Shown here: piece after piece, positions 38,560 to 51,974 of the stretch
Layout: each line of letters begins with the position of its first letter
Numbering within the stretch: position 1 is the stretch's first letter
Source of the DNA: Macrostomum lignano
Taxonomy: Eukaryota
DNA: 64,000 nt
Direction: 5' to 3'
NCBI GenBank assembly: GCA_002269645.1
Contig: NIVC01000114.1
Span: 186,001 to 250,000, forward strand
Program-made: the position numbers and the translations under genes
Notes under the pieces: generated by a model
Databases searched by the model: none
What the model was told of the DNA's origin: nothing
Seen by the model: the letters and a program-made list of their open reading frames with translations, nothing else

Positions 38560-41500
38560 TATTTAGTTAGGTAGTTAGTTAGTTATATTTGGGTTAGGAT
38601 AAAAATAAGAGTAAAATATAAACAAGGCAAAAGCCAGGTGTAAAAGGAGCATTTGCAGTTTTAAATAATTGGATTGTAAAAAGGTAAAGAGAGGCGGAAT
38701 CAGGAAGAGGTCTACAGCGGATCACAGTATCACCAGCACTACTAACAGGTAGGCACAGCTGTTCTTACTGTATGGTTACTGGGTCGTAGGCCCACCCGCC
38801 TGGTCCAGCACTTGCCGCTACCATTCACGCCTATTGTTTATATTAGTTCTTTTGTTTGTGCATTGACAGACGGCTTAGTCCAGAGTAAAAGAGAAGGGAA
38901 GCCACTGTCTTGGGGGCACTCTAAGTTTTTGGGGCAGCTGACCTAGTAGATCTAGGGCGGGTTTTGGGCCGCACGGGCCGCCGCATTTGCAGCAGCTTGT
39001 CTATTTGCTTGTCTCCTCTTCAGGCTGTCCCATAGCAGGTTCAGCACTGGGGGGCGATTGCGGGCAGCTCTAGAGAGTTCCGGCTCAATGAGGAAATCGT
39101 GGTGCCCAGCAGCCTTCACCTTGGAAAGCCAGCCTACGCCCAGGGCACGAATCCTGTCTGCCATCATGGGCATGGCTGCCAGCTCATGCAGGTAGGCTAC
39201 CTGAGTGTAACTAGGGGCACCATAGCAGATCCTAAGAGCTAAGTTTTGGATTTTCTGGAGCTTATTGAGATTACTGGGTGCTATGATGTTCAGCACCGGG
39301 GCACCGTAAGTCAGCGCACTCTCAACATAAGCCCTATATAGCATTTTAAGGGTATTGCTGCTTAGCCGGGTCAGCTTAGCAATGCGGTTAATGGACAGAG
39401 CAAGCGCCCGGCCATGGCTGACTACTCTTTCAACATGCGAGTTAAGAGTCAGCCTGTAGTCCAGGTTCATACCAAGGAACCGGACCTCTTCTTGGTATTC
39501 AAGACTCGAGCCACCAAGTTTCAGCTTGGGGCGAAGATCGAGCCGCTGAGTTGGCTTATAATTGAATGCGATAACCTGACTCTTGCTGGCGTTGATCTTA
39601 ATCCCCTGCCCCCACACCATTTCCACACGCGGTCAAGGTAGGGTTGCAGGAGTGTCTTGAGGCCAGCAAAGGAGTCCGCCGAGGCCCAAATGGCCATATC
39701 ATCGGCAAATTGGCTTCGCTTAAGATTTGGTTGTGCTGGCCGAGGCATGGTGCTGATAAAGAGCAGGTACAGGAAGGGGCTCAGAATGCCGCCTTGGGGG
39801 ACGCCCGCCTGCAGCTCCTACGGCTGGCTGAGCTCCCAATTTACCTTCACCTGCATTAGCCTATCTGCTAGGTAGTCAGAGCAGATCCTGACGAGGGCGT
39901 CCGGCGTGTTGACTTCATACACCCTGAACCTCAGGTAGTCATACCACACCGAATCAAACGCCGCTTGTACGTCAAGGAGGATGGCCAGAATCCTTTTTAG
40001 TTTAGCTTTGCCCACCTGGACGTCCTGGACGAGGCGGGCAAGATTATCATAGGTTGAGTGGACCTTCCGGTACGCACATTGATCCGCGCCGAGGATACCC
40101 TGGCCCTCAAGATGCTTCATCAGCCTCCCCACCAATAGTTTCTCAAAGACCTTACCGAGACAGGAGGTCAGGCTGATGGGCCGATAGGATCTCGGGGATT
40201 CAGGAGGTTTTTCAGGTTTAGGAATCATCGTCACCACCGCTTTTTTCCACTGCGATGGGAAGATGCCCGTACGATAGCAATCATTGAAGAGTTTAGTGAT
40301 GCGGGTGACCGCAATGGGCTCCAGGCCACGTTTAAGGACGCAGTTCGGAACTTTGTCTAGGCCCGAAGCACTATCAACTTTTAGGTGGTCCAGCTCCCAG
40401 AGGGTGTCTGTAACAGAAAACGGAGCCTCCAGGGGGTGGCCCATGTATGGATCTACGCCTGAGGGAACTGGTCTAAAGATGGGGAGCTTTATAGCCTGCT
40501 CAACCCTCTTCTTCAGATCCTCATCGGTCGATGGAATCGGGCGCATTTTCACATCTAGTGCTCTCGCTAGCATATCAGCTTTATCTTAGTATGTATGTGC
40601 GAGGGTGGCGCCATCATTCAAGGACGGAATAGTGGTGCCCTTTTTGCGCCCCATCAATTTTTTTGTGTCCTGCCAGAAGTCCTTGACATTCCGGCATTGA
40701 CTTTTTTCAACTATTTTCTCGCACATTTGGGTAAACTGGCCTTGCTCAAACGAATGAATAGCGCTTTTTATTTCATTCGCCTTTCTATTCGCGAGCAGCC
40801 TAAAATTTTCATCCCTGGTACTGTGGTACAGACGCCGGAGCTTCCTCCTCTCCTTGATCATGGCAATGATCCTCTGGGGGAGGGCTCTACGGCCTTTTCT
40901 GACCGGGACATTTTCCTAAATGGTTTTCTGGATCGCATTCGTGATGACGTCGACCTCCGCATCAATTTGCTGCCTAATACTAAGGTCTGGAGGCCACGCA
41001 TATACCAGTTTTTCCATCAAGGAATTTTGGAAGTCTTCCCAGTTAGCTTTGGCGAAGTTTCGAGCCTTCTCTGGCCCTTGCCAGTCTGGGGAGTTACTCG
41101 CCAGGGTGAGTATTATTGGGAGGTGGTCACTGTCCAGGTCAGAGCCATGAACATATGAGACGAGGTCGCCGGAGGCTAACCCAAGGTCAAGCACATTCCG
41201 GGACACAACGCCTTGCCGGTGGGCTATTCTAGTGAACTGGCCTGGTTGGTTGAGAACGGTGGGGCGGTGGGATGGATCGCCGCAGAGCCAATCATGGAGC
41301 TGCTGTCCTGCTCTGTTGTTGCGACTTTCACCCCCCCAAGAAGCTGTGTCTAGCATTGAGGTCTCCCATGATGAGCGAGTATTTTGCCGAGGACAGCCTC
41401 GTCAAAAGTCCGGTGTCGAGGTTGTCCGGCTACGGGGACCGATAGACCAGGGATAGTTGGAAAGGTGGACATGCGCCGTCAACAGGAGTGACTGTGCAGG

Positions 41501-42430
41501 TAAGGACCTCATGGTTGACGTTGTCGTACGAGAGCTGGACGTCTGCTACCTTAACCCGTGGGGTGTGAACAAGGAGTCCGCGCTTCGTATTCGGAAGGTC
41601 AAACCGCACTGCAGCATAGCCCGGGAAAGTGCATACTTGGGTATTTTTCAGAATGGCCTCAGAAAACAGCGCAATATCCAATTTCTGGTCTGAGACCCAG
41701 AGCCTGAGTTCTTTTAGTTTCGGTATTACCCCCCTGCAGTTTAAGTGGCCGATCTTAAGCCCTGAGGCAGTGGGGTTCGAGCTATCGTGCCCGTTATTAC
41801 CGAACATATCTATCCTATATTATTCTAGGTCTGGCCACCCGCCTGTCGCCGGGAGGCGCCAAGCAGCTGACCAAGGCCTTGGTGACTGTTCGATTCGCCT
41901 TCGAGGACCCAGGCCAGAACCCTACTTACTACGTCCTGCACCGTTTGACGGGAGCTTTCGGTAGTAGGCGGCCGTTCAGCCGAACTCTGCCAGAGAGTCG
42001 ACAGCACCTCAACAAGTGCCTGGACCATGAGGGGAAGGAACCCACTCACCAGTCCCTGAAGCTGGGAGACCTCTGGCAATTGGCGGCGTGTCATTATTAG
42101 AAGATTCATCCGGCCCAATTGTCTGCGTCTCCGAGTCAGTCGATTCGCGTACAGGGCGCTTTCGGCTAGGGAGGCTTGGGCCGGTAAGCCATGATGAGTC
42201 GTCATCGCCTCCTGTCGCCATTGGCGCCCGTGCTGCGGCGTCGGCCGATCTCGATGCTGCCGCCGGTGCTAGTCTCAGTGCGGGGGCGAGGGGCGCCGCT
42301 GCTGCTGCCGCCGATGCTGGTGCTATAGCTGCCGCTGCCGCTACTGCCGCAGTGGGTGGAGGAGCGATCGACCTGTCCATAGCTGCCGCTGCTTCTTGGG
42401 CGCCCGCTGCGTAGTATGGCGGTCCAAGTT
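38560..42430 (-). mobile_element. Second Jockey/I-group LINE (APE-RT, no RNase H seen), 5'-truncated in ORF1, ORF2 frameshifted
   Basis: LKIGHLNCRG, DLDSDHLPII, YRPISLTSCLGKVFEK, LLDVQAAFDSVW, QFADD, YLGM-like RFLGMNLD; stop at 38952; (TAAC)n-like tail at ~38560-38585. The ORF1 C-terminus resembles that of the 34908-37170 LINE. Confidence 0.93.
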
Positions 42431-42632
42431 GTCTCTTTATATAATCGTTGACAAAGGAGGGGGGGTGAACATAAGACATTTAAACAAAAATAAAAAGGAA
42501 TTTTTAACAAAGTATCGTTTTAACAAACCTGTAATTTAAACAAAAAGGGGAAGAAATTTGCTGATTGGCCAGGATAAAAAGTTGCGATTAGCTACTGCTA
42601 TAAGTAATATAGATGATTTATAACAAGCTGCC

Positions 42633-42809
42633 TCAGCTGTTATGCGACTTCAAAATCACTCTAGGTTCGGGATTTTCGGTTTCCATTCTTCTTATGCGGT
42701 CCTGCAGTTCTCTCACTACCGTTCTCAAGTGTTCGGCCTCATCCACTTCGCCTTCGTTCCTAATCTCAGCTGACTTCGATTCCTGACTATTTTCTCCGTC
42801 TTGCGCCAT
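42633..42809 (-). pseudogene. Short ORF (58 aa) in the gag position downstream of the 43339-44515 LTR
   Basis: MAQDGENSQESKSAEIRNEGEVDEAEHLRTVVRELQDRIRRMETENPEPRVILKSHNS*; positional inference only. Confidence 0.3.
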
Positions 42810-43318
42810 TGCTAAGTTTCAACCAATTAGAATTTCTATTACTGCAACTTCAGAAAGTACAACTTGAAAAGCTATAACAAATTCAATATTCTAGCTTTCT
42901 ATTTTATCTAATGAGCGGAATCGGTCGCCTCGCTCGCACTGGCAATAACTGATAAGAAAAACTGAATGTACACTGAGACAAATTCAACCAATGTACTCTC
43001 TAGTGCGCGCACTCGCAGACTATGCTGATAAACACTAACGAAATTTTCAACTGTAAACAAAATCTACTTTCACACGCAAAGTTTCTATTAAAGTGCTAAT
43101 TTTAGTTTTAGAAAGTCAAGTTTTATTTTTCCCGCTCCTAAATCCTATTCAGTATTTTGGGGTAACTGGCCAACCGCAAAACCACACTTAATGCGGAATT
43201 GCTGCACACTGCGTGGTTGACGAAATAGCCGCTACGAGCCTGGAACAGACTCGTTGAGTTTTAGTCTAAGCTTGCTCACTTAGAGCGCCTACCAATAAAC
43301 TGCCGCCTGCTAACTATT

Positions 43319-43336
43319 GGATTCCCAGGGGCTCCA
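43319..43336 (-). promoter_or_regulatory. PBS-like sequence
   Basis: TGGAGCCCCTGGGAATCC lies 2 nt after the LTR end; loosely resembles the complement of a tRNA-Thr 3' end. Confidence 0.45.
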
Positions 43337-43338
43337 CT

Positions 43339-44515
43339 TGTGATAAATACAATATAAATATATTGCATGCACGATAAGCAATTATTTAGGCCCTAGACAA
43401 ACCTACTTGGAGCGTCAGAGATTTTAAAGCTGTTGGCCCTAATTGCCTATCGCCGGTCGGCGAGTTCTACCAGTCTTCTCCAATAGCCGCAGGTACAGTA
43501 CAGGAAAAGAAAGAACACGAGGGAACACGAACCGAAAGATTTAGAGAGTGATAATCCTATGTGATACAAACTGATAATTGGCTAGACGATTTAATTTGAT
43601 TACTCAAGTTACAGGATTCAAGCAATTCGCGACGCAGATAATTAGACTGATGATAACAAATAATAACGATTAATAATAATGATTATATTACGCACTGACA
43701 AGCGGATCTCAGCTGAGAAGAAGAAGAAGGAGGCACCGAACACAGGACCACGGAGAAAGACTCCTAACCCCTGGCCTAAGCCAGAACCTACACTCAAACG
43801 AGAGCCCTGCCGAACCGACCGTTCAACGGAGTACCGACTAAATTCTATCGGCACTGCCCTTCAGTGTAACACTGAGGCCCTCGGGGTCGAGGCCGCGTAC
43901 TTGATCAGATCCGACAGTCTATCTAACCCGCGCTTGATAGCGACGACTTCAGACAGGAATTTGCCGTAGACGTTACGCTACAAGACTGAAGCGGTTGGGC
44001 GGGGAACAAAGTATGGACCGGGGTGACGAAATCAAAACGCCTCAAAGCGCGAACCAAAGGAAAAAGGCCACCGGCCGGGAACTGGACAAGACAAAACCGG
44101 GGAAAGGGAGAGAGCGAGATCCGACTGCCAAAACACACTTTCATTTATAGTCAGAGTCACAACCCCTCAAAACCCCCCTCAAGCCGGGTGGTGGTCGTCT
44201 GGCCGGCCGCCCACTAAGCCGATTTGCACTGTGCCCGCGGCGCCGGGTAGAATTGAAACTTGCCACGTGCCAGGGTCCAGGCCGGTTCTGATTGGCTGGC
44301 CGCGCAAAGCTGGGGTTCGCAGAGAACTCAACCCTCCGCTGAGTCACAAATGGCGTCTGACTTCTAACCTGTTTACGCAAAATTGATTCTAACTAACAAG
44401 AAAAATGTACACCAAAAACGTATGACTAAACTAAAGCAAAATAACACTTCAATAACTATAATGCAAAACCTAACTAATAGAATACAAGGCTATCGCAAAA
44501 GATGCTCACACTACA
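43339..44515 (-). mobile_element. LTR (1177 bp), probably a 5' LTR; same family as 61569-62757
   Basis: TG..CA ends, long identical runs with the 61569 copy, CCAAT (~44290) and TATAAA (~44148) on minus; no TSD; PBS-like sequence on the low-coordinate side. Confidence 0.85.
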
Positions 44516-45210
44516 AATCCCTCAGATCCTCGACAGCCGGATGCCATTTTTCATTTGGTTCTAGAGGTACGCCCGAGTACGAATATCCTGGGCCGAACCA
44601 CACAACTTTACGCTGCTCATGAGGCCGGTGCCTGATCGCCTTTGGCAAGAGATCGGCAATGAGGCAGTCGTAAAGCTGCTTGGAGACTGACTCAATAAGC
44701 TTAGGATAGTATTCTAGCACAACGTCGCCGTAGCGCTGGATATTTTCACCGGTGCGGTCCGGGTGAATAGGGAAGCCGATGGGATTGCGGAGATACTTGG
44801 CGTTGTCCTCATCGACTTCATTTTCCACAGCGTCGCGACTGTTCGAGCTATTCGGATCAACATAGTGCGCGTCGTTATCTTCAGCATCAAGGTCGACGTT
44901 TGCAGCACGTACCAAATCGTCCTCGCCGGAGGCTTCAGATGCTGGGACGGATGCGGCTGCATTGGGGTCTTCGGAGCCGGCTTGGCCAGCTCCTTCCAGT
45001 ACAGTCGCAGAGCCGCTGTCCGACGTATTCGATGTGGCACTGCCCGATGACCTGTGCTGCTCTGCCGTGATAGCGAGGACCGGAGACTTTGGAATTGTGG
45101 ACGCATTGATACAGCTTGGTTGCTCTGCAGGTACTTCGGCTGGATTCGGCATTGAAGCCGGCGTTGCTACATTTGCCTTTTCCCTGGGAGATGGTAATAA
45201 TCGTATGCTC
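44516..45210 (-). pseudogene. Fragment of an AlkB-like 2OG-Fe(II) dioxygenase (acidic linker plus N-terminal part of the domain), cut by the LTR
   Basis: GDVVLEYYPKLIE...EQRKVVWFGPGYSYSGVPLEPNEKWHPAVEDLRDL matches the ALKBH2/3-type pattern R.V.W.G..Y.YSG...P..W.P....LR. The stop codon is supplied by the LTR (TTG TAG). The HxD...H catalytic part is absent. Confidence 0.62.
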
Positions 45211-45966
45211 ATTGCCACATACATCTGTGGTGTGTGGCTTAACCACAACGCAGCGAAACATAGAATAGAAAATCCTGAAGAAACTATTAAATGTAAAAGT
45301 TGTGATGATCAGGTTTTGGAGTTTTTGCAACGACATGGGATAACATATGCTAAAAGCACCATTAGAAAAATTCTGTCTCTTAGTAAAGCATTACATGATT
45401 ATCCTCGTTTTTTTTAAGCTAAATATAACATTTGAGGAACTTTACACCTTAAAAAATGATATTGAAGACATGTTAATGTGTTCGCTTTAATATAAAACCT
45501 ATTGAAGCATGGATGTTATTAAAATAAAAAAAGAATAGTAAATGAAAATAGTAAATATAGTAAATAAATACAACTTTTCTTTTATTTTCTTTATCTTCTT
45601 AATAATTTTCGCATTCGCTTTCATTCTCATCTTCTCTTCTCTAAATCTTCTTCTTCTTTTTCTTCTTCTTCTTCTTCTTCTTCTCCACTCTTCTTTTCTC
45701 TTCTTTAAATCTTCTCCTTCTTGTTTCAGACAAGTTAAAAAATTTTCCATTTTTAAAAGGAAAAAGAAAGTAAGGAGATTGCTAATATCAAATTACTTTT
45801 TTCTTCTTTTAAAGATGCGCGGGCTGTAGCAGCGGCCTTCGAGTGGCACCCTGTGTGAGTACCAAATTTGAAAAACTAACTGCTGCTCAAAAGTATCATG
45901 TCATTCATTTATTTTTCTTTTGCTGTTATTTTCTTAAAAAGTTTCTCTTGAATTTTCTTGCTTGAA

Positions 45967-46417
45967 TCATTCTGCTCTCTCAACCCCCAACTCTTTCAGC
46001 AGTCTTCCTAGTTCTTTACTTGGCGCGTGCAATGCAAAACCCACCCAACCCTCGCCGCCAACCCCCAACTCCAACTTTGTCTTACCAAAAATAACAGCTT
46101 TAACTAGCTTCCGAGCGATCGATTCCTTCCACCCGCTTAAAGTCCCCATATTGTCTAGTCTCCTAAGCATTTCTTTGTCCCAGCGATTCTTCTCCTCAGT
46201 AAAATCTCTATATTTAACGTCGTGCCACATGCAGACAGAGTCTAGCTCGTTCACAGGCTCATGCCCAGGATTTGGATTATTGTTTTTATCTAACTGTATT
46301 TCAAGTGGATTCAAAGGCCCACAATATTTGTAGCCGGGAATCGTCCAGCCTTTGTTTGGATGAGAAAGCTTTTCTATCAGTCCATGTAAATCTATTTTAC
46401 CACCAGAGCGTTGCGTT
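45967..46417 (-). pseudogene. Parvovirus-type phospholipase A2 domain protein (PLA2X-like)
   Basis: QRSGGKIDLHGLIES/(frameshift)HPNKGWTIPGYKYCGPLNP...PVNELDSVCMWHDVKY contains the Ca-binding loop YCGP and the catalytic HD. Confidence 0.85.
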
Positions 46418-46445
46418 ATTTTATTTAAAATTTTATTTTAAAAAA

Positions 46446-47443
46446 ATGACAGATCAAAAACTTCAAAAGCTCTACTATAGTGACAAAGGATTCTTTGTAG
46501 GAAAAAATGCAGTCGCCAAACTCGCAGAACTAAGTAATGAATCAAAAGCTACAGTAGAAAAGTGACTCTCTAAGCAAGCAGACTACCAAGTCTATTTCCC
46601 ACCTGTTCAATTTACAAGACCTCACTTTAGCATCTATAAACCTAATGAGGCGCACCAAGCAGATCTTCTGTTTCTCCCCAATGACTCAGGCTACAAGTAT
46701 GCTCTCACAGTTATAGACATTGCCTCCAGATATAAAGAAGCGAGACCGCTTAAGACAAAGAAGTCAGAAGCAGTTGCAGCCGCCCTCCAAGATATATTTA
46801 TAAAAACTCACTTCTAAGTTACCCTGAAATCTTTATGACCGACCCGGGTAAAGAATTCCTAGGTGCGGTGAAATCACTTCTACATAAGTATGACACAAAA
46901 ATTCGCTACGGAAGAACTGAACTCCACAGAGACCAAGCATACGTGGAAAGATTCAATCTAACTCTAGCCAAGAGACTATTCACTAAGCAGACAGCTGAAG
47001 AGCTGAAACTAAAAAGTGGCCAATACTATACCAAGTGGACAGACCGCCTCCCCACTGTTATAGAGCAACTGAACAATGAAGTCACACGCATGACTGTATT
47101 GAAACCGTCCCATGCAATTAAACAAGACACTGTCGAACTTAAGGCATCTCATAGAACAGACACCTCGAACTACCCTAAGCTTCCAGGAGTTGAATCACCA
47201 TACATACTGACAAACTCAGAGTTTTTACGCTTTTTATATCTACCTGGAGAGCTAGAGAAGGACACCAAAAGAAGAGCTACAGATCCATACTTCAGCCTTG
47301 ATGTACATAAAATAGACAGACATTTTACCTCCAACTCTGGAGAGTATTACTTTTTATCTCAGGCCTTTAACCCTAAATCCCCCACGCGGTCATTCACTAG
47401 AGCTGAACTCCTAGTGATACCAGCTGACACAGAAATTAATTAA
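46446..47443 (+). pseudogene. Retroviral-like (rve) integrase
   Basis: HQADLL, YKYALTVIDIASRY, MTDPGKEF, YVERFN (D-D-E). TGA at 46563-65 and a frameshift before 46835. Confidence 0.95.
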
Positions 47444-47459
47444 AATATTAAAATAAGAA

Positions 47460-47906
47460 ATGACAAAGATTGAAACCAGAACCATCAATAAACTCAATAA
47501 AATCATTGAATCAAAGAAACCAGGTCTTATATCAATTAAAGGTGCCAAAGTAAAAATCGATCCCATACAGCAAATAGTTCAATATAATGAGCAAAGACAC
47601 AGCATCACAGATGAAAAGTCAGGAGGAATCCTACCATTAGCAGCTCTTATCCCAATCATTGCAGGCGCTGTAAGTGCCGCAGGTGGTGTAGCTTGAGGTG
47701 TAGCAACTGCTGTTAAAGCTGGGAATGATAGAGCTCACCAGCTAGAATTGCAAAAGATTGCAAGAGACAAAGGTATAACAATTAAGGCAGGAGATGGTTG
47801 CCCTGATTGTGATGCTTGTGAGCATGAAAATTCTGTAAGCAAGTCTGACATTGTCAAAGCAATCATGACACTGCACAATGCTGGGTTTACAATAATGCGC
47901 ATGTGA
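47460..47906 (+). pseudogene. Small virion core/membrane protein, adenovirus pX-like
   Basis: KSGGILPLAALIPIIAGAVSAAGGVA*GVATAVKA: one in-frame TGA, and the frame stays open 70 codons beyond it. Confidence 0.6.
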
Positions 47907-48030
47907 TGAGATTTAAAATCCCATTTTATCCAGCTTCATAAACCTAACGCTACTTATAGGATGTAGAAACAGTTCAACTTTTCTATCAGGATTGTCACCC
48001 TCAAAATTTTTTTTATATTTTAGAGAAAAA

Positions 48031-51000
48031 ATGCCAAAGCCAATCCAACAAAAGATTTAGTCAACAAATATTTTTCAAAAGGCGTCTCCTTTCAAGACAA
48101 AAGTTATTTACTAAGAAAGCATGTAAACAAAAGTTTAACACCGACCATGGTCACCTGGGAAGCTATGAAAAACAGTTGGAAATCATCAATTAATTAGAAT
48201 CCAACAGTATGCGCCTATAAAAAATCCTGCAAAGGAACACCAAGAGAGGAGTCGCAACTTAGTTAACAAATGCGAAACTCTCACTGGTGAAAAAGCAAAG
48301 TACCCACAAAATAAGCAGGAAAAGAGAAATTAGAGCAATTAATCCATTTAAAAGAGTCGGAGCTTGCCATTGAAGAGATTAATTTTGCACAGAGGAAGTT
48401 TACAGAACATTACATAGAGTACACAATCCCGATTAACAACACCAACGGCACCAACCAAGTTAACGACACCAACGGCACCACTGCAAACATCTACGACTAT
48501 AAAGACATCATCCAATCAGTTGTTGATCACACACTCAAAACACGCAAGACCTTTAAACTACAGATATCATTCAAGATTGCGTTTTATATGCCTGCAAAAC
48601 CTACTGAGCATCTCGAGTATTACATGACAACAAAGGCAAAGCCATTCACCCCTACAGACACACTGGATCCTTTCTTCAAGATGTCACTAAGAAAATTGAA
48701 GCGTTTACATCCAGAGGTTCCGGATGGGTCGTGGGAGGATTCAAAGAGCGACTGTCATGGTCATGAAATATGACCCACTTAAAGCCTCCTCTTATATAGA
48801 GCTCCCGCAAAGCTAGCCGGCAAAAAGCTTGCATAAATGTTAAAAATAAAGACAATTGCTGTGCTCTATGGGCAGTTCTTTCTGCACTTCTTCATGATAG
48901 TGTCCCTCACCACCCCGAAAGAACCTCAAATTATCAAAATTATTTCAACTACTATCTCATTGAATGCGAAAAGAAGGGAATCAGGTTTGACAAAGCAGGC
49001 TTGGCGATTTCTCAGATCCCTAAGCTAGAAGAAGTGTTTAATAACAAAATTAGAATCACAGTCTTTGAGTGGAGTGAAAAAACTGAGAAAGTTCAACCGG
49101 TCAGATGTAGCAAAGACGTTTTAGATCCTGAGGGGAAAAGGCGGACTGAAGTGGATCTTCTAGTGATTGGTAATTTACTAGAGGAGGCTCACTATGTTTG
49201 GATTAAAGATCTTTCAAGACTCATTCACAAGCAGTTGAATAATCATCACGAGGCTGTTGCCATCTGCCGCTTGTGCCTTAAGCATTACAGTGGACCTGAG
49301 CGCTTTGAAAAACTAGCAGAGCATGAATTATCATGTGATGATCACCCAACCAACTGCTCTCTTCCTTCAGCTGAAGAGAAGTATCTCCGGTTTAAGAACT
49401 ATCACAAGATGAAGAAGCTCCCATTTGTTGTATATGCTGATTTATAATGCTCAATCATGCCAGAAACTCAAAAACAAACTCAAACTCAAAAACAAACTCA
49501 ATCAAAAACAAACTCAAACTCAAAAACATGTCCCCAATTCAGTAGCATATGCCTTTATTAATACAAAAGGACTTGTTGAGTATAATTATTTCTTTGGAGA
49601 GCAGTGTGTGGAGCAGTTTATTGCCAGAATGTTAGAGTTGCAAAAAGTGATTAGCACCCTTCAACCTGTTCCAATAATGATGACTGAGGAGGATGAAAGC
49701 AATTTCCTATCAGCAACTCATTGCCACATCTGCAGGAAACAGTTAACTTGCACTGATATTAAAAACCCCACCGTTAGGGACCACTGCCACTATACTGGGA
49801 AATTTAGAGGTGCAGCGCATAACACCTGTAATCTAAAGCTAAAATCGAACATTCATGATCTAACGATATTTGTCACAACCCAAAGAACTATGACATGCAT
49901 TTAATAGTTGAAAAAATCGGCATGATTCCAGACATACACCTTGACTGCATCGCAGAGAACAAGGAGAAGTTTAAGTGTGTTGATATTAAACAGGATAACT
50001 CGGGTGAAGGTAAGATAAGACTGAAGGATTCATATCAATTTCTTGCTGCCAGTCTAGACGAACTAAGCAAGAATCTAAAAGATGAACAATTTACATATAC
50101 AAAGATGTTTGCAAGTAAAATTAACAACACTGATGAATCATTTAAACTTTTAAGAAAGAAAGGCTTCTACCCTTATGAAAATATTACTGGGTATTCAGTA
50201 TTTGAACAAGGTTTACCACCACAGGAGAAGTTCTTTTCAAAGCTAACAGACTCTGGAATCTCTGACAAAGACTATGAGCACGCGAAGCATGTCTATAATT
50301 ACTTTAATTGTCAAAACTTCTTCCAGTATCACCTGCTTTACCTCTTCACATATGTTTTTCTGCTGGCTGATGTGTTTGAAACCTTCAGATACACCTGGTA
50401 CACAGCATATGGCCTCGATCCAGCACATTATGTGTCTCTGCCTGCCACTAGCTGGGAATCTTTGCTTAAAATGAAATGGGATCAAGATCCAGATTGGTAC
50501 ATTGAACTTCTTACAGACATTGACATGTACAATTTTGTCGAATCGTCAAAGCGAGGGGGATCTCAATTTGCGTTAACGGGTATGCAAAAGCAAACAATCC
50601 CTACATTGAATCTTACAATAAGGAGCAACCCTCAAACTACATTACTTGGACGCTAATAATCTCTACGGGTGGGCGATGAGTCAAGATCTTCCAGTTAGAG
50701 ATTTTCGATGGCTACCCTCATCAGAACTAAAGTGGGACTTTTCATTGGCTGCCATTTATGAGGTTGATGTTTATATTCCACCAGAGCTTCACGACTATTT
50801 CTCTGACTTTCCACCCTTCCCAGAGAACATCAAGTGTCCGAAAATAATCAAAACTCCCAATGGAACTTGGCACCTGTCAGGAACAGAAAAAGAACATACA
50901 GAGAAACTAACACAGAATCTAAACAACAAGACACGTTACAAAATCCATTACAAACTGCTTCATTATTTTATCTCACTTGGTTGCAGGGTAACCAAAGTTC

Positions 51001-51911
51001 ACCGGGCTCTTACATTTACAGAGGAAGCGTGGATGAAACCCTACATTGATAAGAACACCCAGTTTAGGACCAAAGCAACCAACGACTTTGACAAGAACCT
51101 CTTTAAGTTGGCCAACAACTCTGTCTATGGCAAGACTCTTGAGAATGAGCGGAAAAGAACAAACCTGAAACTTGTTACCTCATCAGAGCCTGCTGTTATT
51201 CAAGCAAATATGTTAAAGCCAACATTCAAAGAACTCCATATCTTTAATAGCTACTTAGGTGTGATCATATTTTACAAAACCAAGGTGACGCTGCGCAAGC
51301 CGATCTATACAGGTGTCACTGTACTCGACGAATCAAAACGTCTGATGTACCAGTTCCATGGCATGAAGCAGCGGTACAATGATAAAATGAAACTCTTGTA
51401 CACTGACACAGACAGTTTTATTATGGACATTCAAACAGAAGACATTTATCAGGACATGCTGCAGCAAAAAGATTTGTTTGACTTGTCTGAGTATGATGAA
51501 TCTTGCAGGACGCTGAATGGCGATCAAGTGTTTGACGCCACTAACAAGAAAGTGATTGGGAAAATGAAGGACGAGATTGCTGGTGACATAATCACTGAAT
51601 TCATTGGGTTGAGAGCAAAGTCCTATTTTGTAAAATGTGAGTCGTCAGACCCAATTAAAAAATGAATGGGAATTCCGAAACGCGTGGTTAGCAAGGAAAT
51701 TAATGAAGCTGAATACAGAGACGCCTTGAAATGCAACAAAAAGACATCACATGAGTTCTCAAAGCTACAATCTAAAAACCATAATATTCACACAATTCAG
51801 CAAAAGAAGATTGGACTGTCAGGTGCAGATAACAAGAGATTCATTTTTGATGACAATATTAACAGTCTACCGTTCGGGCATTGGAGATTAGGTTTAGGAG
51901 GTTGGGTTTAG
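48031..51911 (+). pseudogene. Protein-primed family B DNA polymerase (several frameshifts and stops)
   Basis: RDHCHYTGKFRGAAHNTCNL, DSYQFL, KGFYPYE, YGLDPAHY, DANNLYGWAMSQ, KLANNSVYGKT, YTDTDS, IGKMKDE, EFIGLRAKSY. Confidence 0.97.
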
Positions 51912-51974
51912 GAGGTGGAGGTTGGATATAGGTTTAGGAGAAAGTTTAATAAACCTCATAAAAATGACATAAAA

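Noticed and set aside
44962-45417. 151-aa plus-strand protein
   Set aside because: Chimeric: the first part is antisense to the AlkB-like frame. Only the last ~65 codons (ICGVW...KCKSC) may be a Polinton gene remnant, too short to assign.
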